A stretch of 34,045 nucleotides of DNA from Patescibacteria group bacterium. Lineage in GTDB: Bacteria; Patescibacteriota; Minisyncoccia; Phycocordibacterales; VMEP01. The notes under the pieces are model-generated. The model did not search any database, was not told the origin of the DNA, and was given only the letters and a program-made list of their open reading frames with translations. Shown piece after piece: positions 33,511 to 34,045 of this stretch. Position 1 is the first letter of the stretch. Each line of letters opens with the position of its first letter. Position numbers and translations under genes: made by a program. The DNA is taken from assembly GCA_038064275.1 (NCBI GenBank), contig JBBTTL010000035.1, forward strand, positions 13,793-47,837, given 5' to 3'.

Positions 33511-33951
33511 TCAACGGATGGCTATTTTTTCAGTTGATTCGTTGTCGCTCTTTGTCCAAAATGACAGAATGAAAATTAATGTGGAGATGACAGCCGAAGC
33601 GACGCAGTAGATACAAAAGGCCTTGATAACAAATGCCTGAAGATATGTAAAGTAAACCGACAAAACGAATCCGACCAAAGCAAAAATACGAATAGAGAAA
33701 CTAATGATTCTATTTTGTTGAAAAAGAAAGATTGTTGCAAGCAAAAACACCCCTAAATAAAACAAAACGCCGAAAGCCGAAAGTGGCACGCCGAAAACTT
33801 TTGAATATGGACTTGCCGCCACCGCATTGCATCCTTCAAGTATGGTGCAGGGAAGCGGAAGTTTGGCCAGGGCGTGGTAGGTAAGGTAAGACGCGTCAAC
33901 GATGCCGAGAACCGATAAGAAAGCGATGACAAGCAATATTTTTTTAGCCAT
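33511..33951 (-). CDS. Vitamin K epoxide reductase (VKOR) family membrane protein
   Basis: Start taken at MAKKILLV. Four or five TM helices, a loop Cys pair (PCTILEGC) and a CIYC redox motif in the last helices. Confidence 0.85.
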   Translation of the reverse strand: MAKKILLVIAFLSVLGIVDASYLTYHALAKLPLPCTILEGCNAVAASPYSKVFGVPLSAFGVLFYLGVFLLATIFLFQQNRIISFSIRIFALVGFVLSVYFTYLQAFVIKAFCIYCVASAVISTLIFILSFWTKSDNESTEKIAIR

Positions 33952-34045
33952 TAGTTTTTTGAAAATAATTCCAGATGGAAGCCAGCGCGAATCCCGCCAC
34001 GTAAGCGACCGCAAACGCCATCGCGATCAGCCAAATAGCCGTTGG
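33944..34045 (-). CDS. 3' end of an unidentified membrane-protein CDS cut by the window edge
   Basis: ...PTAIWLIAMAFAVAYVAGFALASIWNYFQKTNG*. The stop overlaps the VKOR ATG by 8 nt. Confidence 0.4.
   Translation of the reverse strand, partial: PTAIWLIAMAFAVAYVAGFALASIWNYFQKTNG

Noticed and set aside
33299-33514. 71-aa minus-strand ORF overlapping the Com-like gene start and its upstream region.
   Set aside because: It overlaps the better-supported zinc-ribbon ORF out of frame and spans its promoter region, with no motifs.
1-34045. tRNA, rRNA, tmRNA, RNase P or SRP RNA genes.
   Set aside because: I scanned the intergenic regions for T-loop GGTTCGA(A/T)TCC-type motifs and for the characteristic conserved cores, and saw none. 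A proper tRNAscan/Infernal run is still needed.

Overview
The window looks like a small-genome, CPR/Patescibacteria-like bacterium using the standard genetic code. That placement is an inference from compact RpoB (1053 aa) and RpoC (1204 aa), a hinge-less 762-aa SMC, rpsP-KH-trmD without rimM, few Shine-Dalgarno sites, class III NrdDG and a DsbA/VKOR pair. Most of it is core housekeeping: rnc, smc, rnr, rpsP, a KH protein, trmD, rpoB-rpoC-dnaG-rpoD, then a bcp-suf Fe-S cluster operon (sufB ... sufD-sufS-sufU-sufC-DUF59). After that come a DsbA-like oxidoreductase, a GGDEF cyclase, an ECF sigma operon, nrdDG, a Com-like zinc-ribbon gene and VKOR. I found no rRNA, tRNA, CRISPR array, transposase or integrase. 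The most unusual region is a roughly 2.9-kb composite insertion sitting exactly between sufB and sufD (19908-22780). It is bounded by an 8-bp direct repeat. It carries an AT-rich SDH/Clp-fold serine protease plus a small ORF, three small cassette-like genes (DUF1653, GFA, ArsR-like) each followed by the same palindromic repeat, a duplicated gene 5' end, and about 470 bp of hairpin-rich non-coding DNA. Several dispersed non-coding repeat families are also present: (i) AT-rich inverted modules that clamp whole intergenic spacers from stop codon to next start codon; (ii) a TCCCRTTAGAA/TTCTAACGGGA inverted-repeat pair in three copies with compensatory changes, two of them lying over or around start codons; (iii) a CTAATT palindrome family; (iv) GC-rich palindromic segments lying in frame inside otherwise conserved proteins. 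All functional interpretations of these repeats are hypotheses. No database search or folding program was available.
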